DNA of 50,726 nucleotides from Verrucomicrobiota bacterium (GTDB lineage Bacteria; Verrucomicrobiota; Verrucomicrobiia; Limisphaerales; CANJSG01): NCBI GenBank assembly GCA_038209745.1, contig JBBQXJ010000031.1, positions 1 to 50,726 of the forward strand, read 5' to 3'. Shown piece by piece: positions 48,497 to 50,726 of this stretch (position 1 is its first letter; each line of letters starts with the position of its first letter). The notes under the pieces were generated by a model. It saw only the letters and a program-made list of their open reading frames with translations, ran no database searches and was not told where the DNA came from. The position numbers and the translations under genes were made by a program.

Positions 48497-49699
48497 ATGA
48501 GTTTCGTCGCCGAATTCAATACCCTGCCGCTGCCGGCCCTGTTGCAGCGTTCCGCTTCCGCCCCACCGGCCGGAGTCCGTTCTCTCCTGTCGCGTTCCGA
48601 TCTGTCGCTGGCCGACTTCGCGACGCTCATTTCGCCCGCCGGCGGAGAAGCCCTCGAATCGCTCTGCGCGCGTTCGCAGCAGATCACGCGGCAACGCTTC
48701 GGCAAGGCCATCCGCCTCTTCGCCCCGCTTTACCTCTCCAACGAGTGCATCAACAACTGCAAGTACTGCGGCTTCTCCCGGGACAACGCCATTCTGCGGG
48801 TCACGCTCTCGGTGGACGACGTGGTGCGGGAGGCGCGCGCGCTGGCCGACCAGGGTTTCCGCAACATTCTCCTCGTCGCGGGCGAGCATCCGAAGTTCGT
48901 CTCCAACGGCTACATGGCCGAATGCATCCGGGCGCTCCGTGAAGTCATTCCCAGCATCTCGCTGGAGGTCGGACCCATGGAGGTCGAGGACTACGCACCG
49001 ATGGTCGCCGCCGGCTCGGACGGGCTCGTGGTCTACCAGGAAACGTATGACCGGCCGCTCTACGCCGAGATGCACACGGCGGGCCCGAAGCGGAACTTCG
49101 ACTGGCGTCTGGAAACCCCGGAACGCGCCTACGCGGCCGGCTTCCGTCGCCTCGGCATCGGGGCGCTCTTCGGCCTCGCCGATTGGCGGAACGAAGCGAT
49201 CAGCCTCGCGGCCCACGCGGCCTATCTGCTGAAGACTTGCTGGAAATCCCAGGTGACCGTGTCCCTGCCGCGCTTGCGGCCTTGCGCCGGCGAATTCCAA
49301 CCGCTGACCCATCTCAACGACCGGGAATTGGTCCAGTTGATCTGCGCGTTCCGTCTCTTCCTCCCAGACATCGGCCTCGTGCTGTCGACGCGCGAACCCG
49401 CCAAGCTGCGCGATGGATTGATGCCGCTGGGCGTGACCTTGATGAGCGCCGGCAGCCACACGGAGCCGGGCGGCTACACCGGCGCGGGCCGGGAGAAGAT
49501 CCATACGACCGTCCGCGGTCGCGTGGTCGAGCTGGCCGAAGGGGCCAGCGAATGGGCACCCCAAGCCAATCGCGCGACCAACGCCACCGGCCAGTTTGAG
49601 ATCTCCGACGCTCGTTCGCCTGAAACGATCGCGGCCCAGATCCGCAGCCTCGGCTACGAACCGGTCTGGAAGGATTGGGACGCGGCGTTGATGGCGTAG
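48497..49699 (+). CDS. thiH: 2-iminoacetate synthase (radical SAM tyrosine lyase)
   Basis: LFAPLYLSNECINNCKYCGFS, YQETY, SLPRLRP, LSTRE, SAGSHTEPGGY, QFEISDARS, GYEPVWKDWD. Confidence 0.95.
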   Translation: MSFVAEFNTLPLPALLQRSASAPPAGVRSLLSRSDLSLADFATLISPAGGEALESLCARSQQITRQRFGKAIRLFAPLYLSNECINNCKYCGFSRDNAILRVTLSVDDVVREARALADQGFRNILLVAGEHPKFVSNGYMAECIRALREVIPSISLEVGPMEVEDYAPMVAAGSDGLVVYQETYDRPLYAEMHTAGPKRNFDWRLETPERAYAAGFRRLGIGALFGLADWRNEAISLAAHAAYLLKTCWKSQVTVSLPRLRPCAGEFQPLTHLNDRELVQLICAFRLFLPDIGLVLSTREPAKLRDGLMPLGVTLMSAGSHTEPGGYTGAGREKIHTTVRGRVVELAEGASEWAPQANRATNATGQFEISDARSPETIAAQIRSLGYEPVWKDWDAALMA

Positions 49700-50028
49700 T
49701 TTCGGATTGGCTTACGGAGTGTCTTCAATCCTTTGGAAAGGGAGAGATAGTTCGCCGAACCGTCCCTACCCCGGCTGAAGCGACGATCCGAACCGACGAA
49801 ACGGAGAGGGCGGTGGGTTTTGCCGCGCTGCGGGGAAACGAGCCCGCGTTCAGCGGGCGATTGGAACTGCCTTGGATCACGGTCGGTTCCTTGCGCAGCT
49901 CTACGCGGCGCGACGGGTCCCACCCGGCCACGGCTTTTCAGAAAACGCTCGCGCGTGTGTCTTCAAATCAGCTGCGGAGCGGCGCAAGAAATTCCATGGC
50001 CTCCTTTTCAAGGCCAGGGGTCTTGAAC

Positions 50029-50170
50029 GTGAATAGCTCCGGGTGCAACCCCGAGACCACCCGCCGCACGGAACACGACCGCAGAGCGGTCGAACCCCGC
50101 GTGGTTCAACCGCTCTGCGGTTGATTCGGCTGACTGTCTGATCTCCGGGCTGTCGCCCGGAGCTATTCAC
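50029..50170. repeat. Long intergenic palindromic (REP-like) element
   Basis: Perfect 15-bp IR gtgaatagctccggg (50029-43) / cccggagctattcac (50156-70), enclosing an 18/19 IR (50078-96 / 50103-21). Confidence 0.8.
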
Positions 50171-50379
50171 TTTCGTGCCCTTCAAGCACAGGCAAACAGG
50201 CTACGCCTTTTCTTAAACCGCTCTAGCCGAACCAATGTTCCACTTCGGATTCGTGCCTTCGTCGCGCGCGATACCCTGCCTCGACAGCCAGTTCTCCGTG
50301 GCTACCTACCTGGCGTGGCGGCAAACTTTCCATCGATGATCAACCGCAATCTGCGGCCGAATACCTGTTCGACACCTTT

Positions 50380-50616
50380 ATGAATCGTAGCGTTGTTCTT
50401 TTCCACCTGCGCGAAGCTGCCGAGCAACTGAATGAGACGATCCAGAGTCTCGCGAGCGATGGCGATTACGGTCCGGAGGAGTTTCAGGTTGAGATGGGTC
50501 ATCTTTACCATCACCTGAACACGGCTTGGAACGGTCGAGACCAGACGGATGAGCAGCACCAAAAATGCACGGATGCAGACTTCGCACGCATCGGCGTCCG
50601 AAGGCGGGTGTCATGA
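50380..50616 (+). CDS. Small hypothetical protein, C-terminus probably replaced by IS sequence
   Basis: LFHLREAAEQL...MGHLYHHLNTAWN reads like a real protein. The last residues (IGVRRRVS) are encoded by the putative IS end. Confidence 0.6.
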   Translation: MNRSVVLFHLREAAEQLNETIQSLASDGDYGPEEFQVEMGHLYHHLNTAWNGRDQTDEQHQKCTDADFARIGVRRRVS

Positions 50617-50726
50617 TGCGGCGTAGAGGGAGGCGAGGCGTGGCACGGCGAGGGCTTCCGTGAGCCGGTCGCGCAGGGCGTGGCGGAGCCAGCGGAGGAA
50701 CTTCACGCTGCGCTGGGTGGCCCGCC
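50589..50726 (-). mobile_element. IS4-like element end with transposase C-terminus (partial)
   Basis: Reverse strand reads RATQRSVKFLRWLRHALRDRLTEALAVPRLASLYAAS* (stop at 50611), followed by a putative terminal IR (plus strand catcggcgtccgaag at 50589). The family assignment is from recall. Confidence 0.55.

Noticed and set aside
50226..50373. Possible integron attC (gccgaac ... gttcgac) before the small ORF
   Set aside because: The end boxes are only partly complementary, I could not see paired L boxes, and there is no integrase or second cassette.

Overview
GC-rich bacterial DNA, most likely Verrucomicrobiota. This is inferred from a PEP-CTERM protein, C-terminal '...FYR' domains and REP-like repeats. 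Both ends carry partial insertion-sequence transposases. From left to right: (1) an ISL3-like end, a decayed erythromycin-esterase gene and a PEP-CTERM autotransporter-repeat protein. (2) A 15.4-kb, seven-gene minus-strand operon of exported proteins (18050 to 2641): Kelch protein, 600-aa protein, phage tail-collar/fibre-like protein, 2668-aa giant protein, DxDxDG protein, MORN/YwqK-like protein and a small secreted protein. The C-terminal region of the giant protein resembles the pore-forming and TcB-binding part of Tc toxin A subunits, yet no TcB/TcC is in the window. This is the best candidate for an undescribed secreted adhesin/pore-forming machine. (3) A roughly 21-kb heavy-metal island next to the 3' end of tRNA-Cys. 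It holds CzcC-CzcA without CzcB, a His-tailed DMT, two putative ribosome-stalling leader peptides, TolC plus multicopper oxidase, a full RND system, a CnrYXH-like ECF module, DmeF and several pseudogenes. (4) An SGNH hydrolase and an ABC exporter; a Ser/Thr kinase and an ECF sigma factor, both truncated, flanking a two-gene cassette with a clan-CD-like peptidase; a decayed adenylate cyclase; thiH; and an IS4-like end. All family assignments come from motif recognition by eye, not from database searches.
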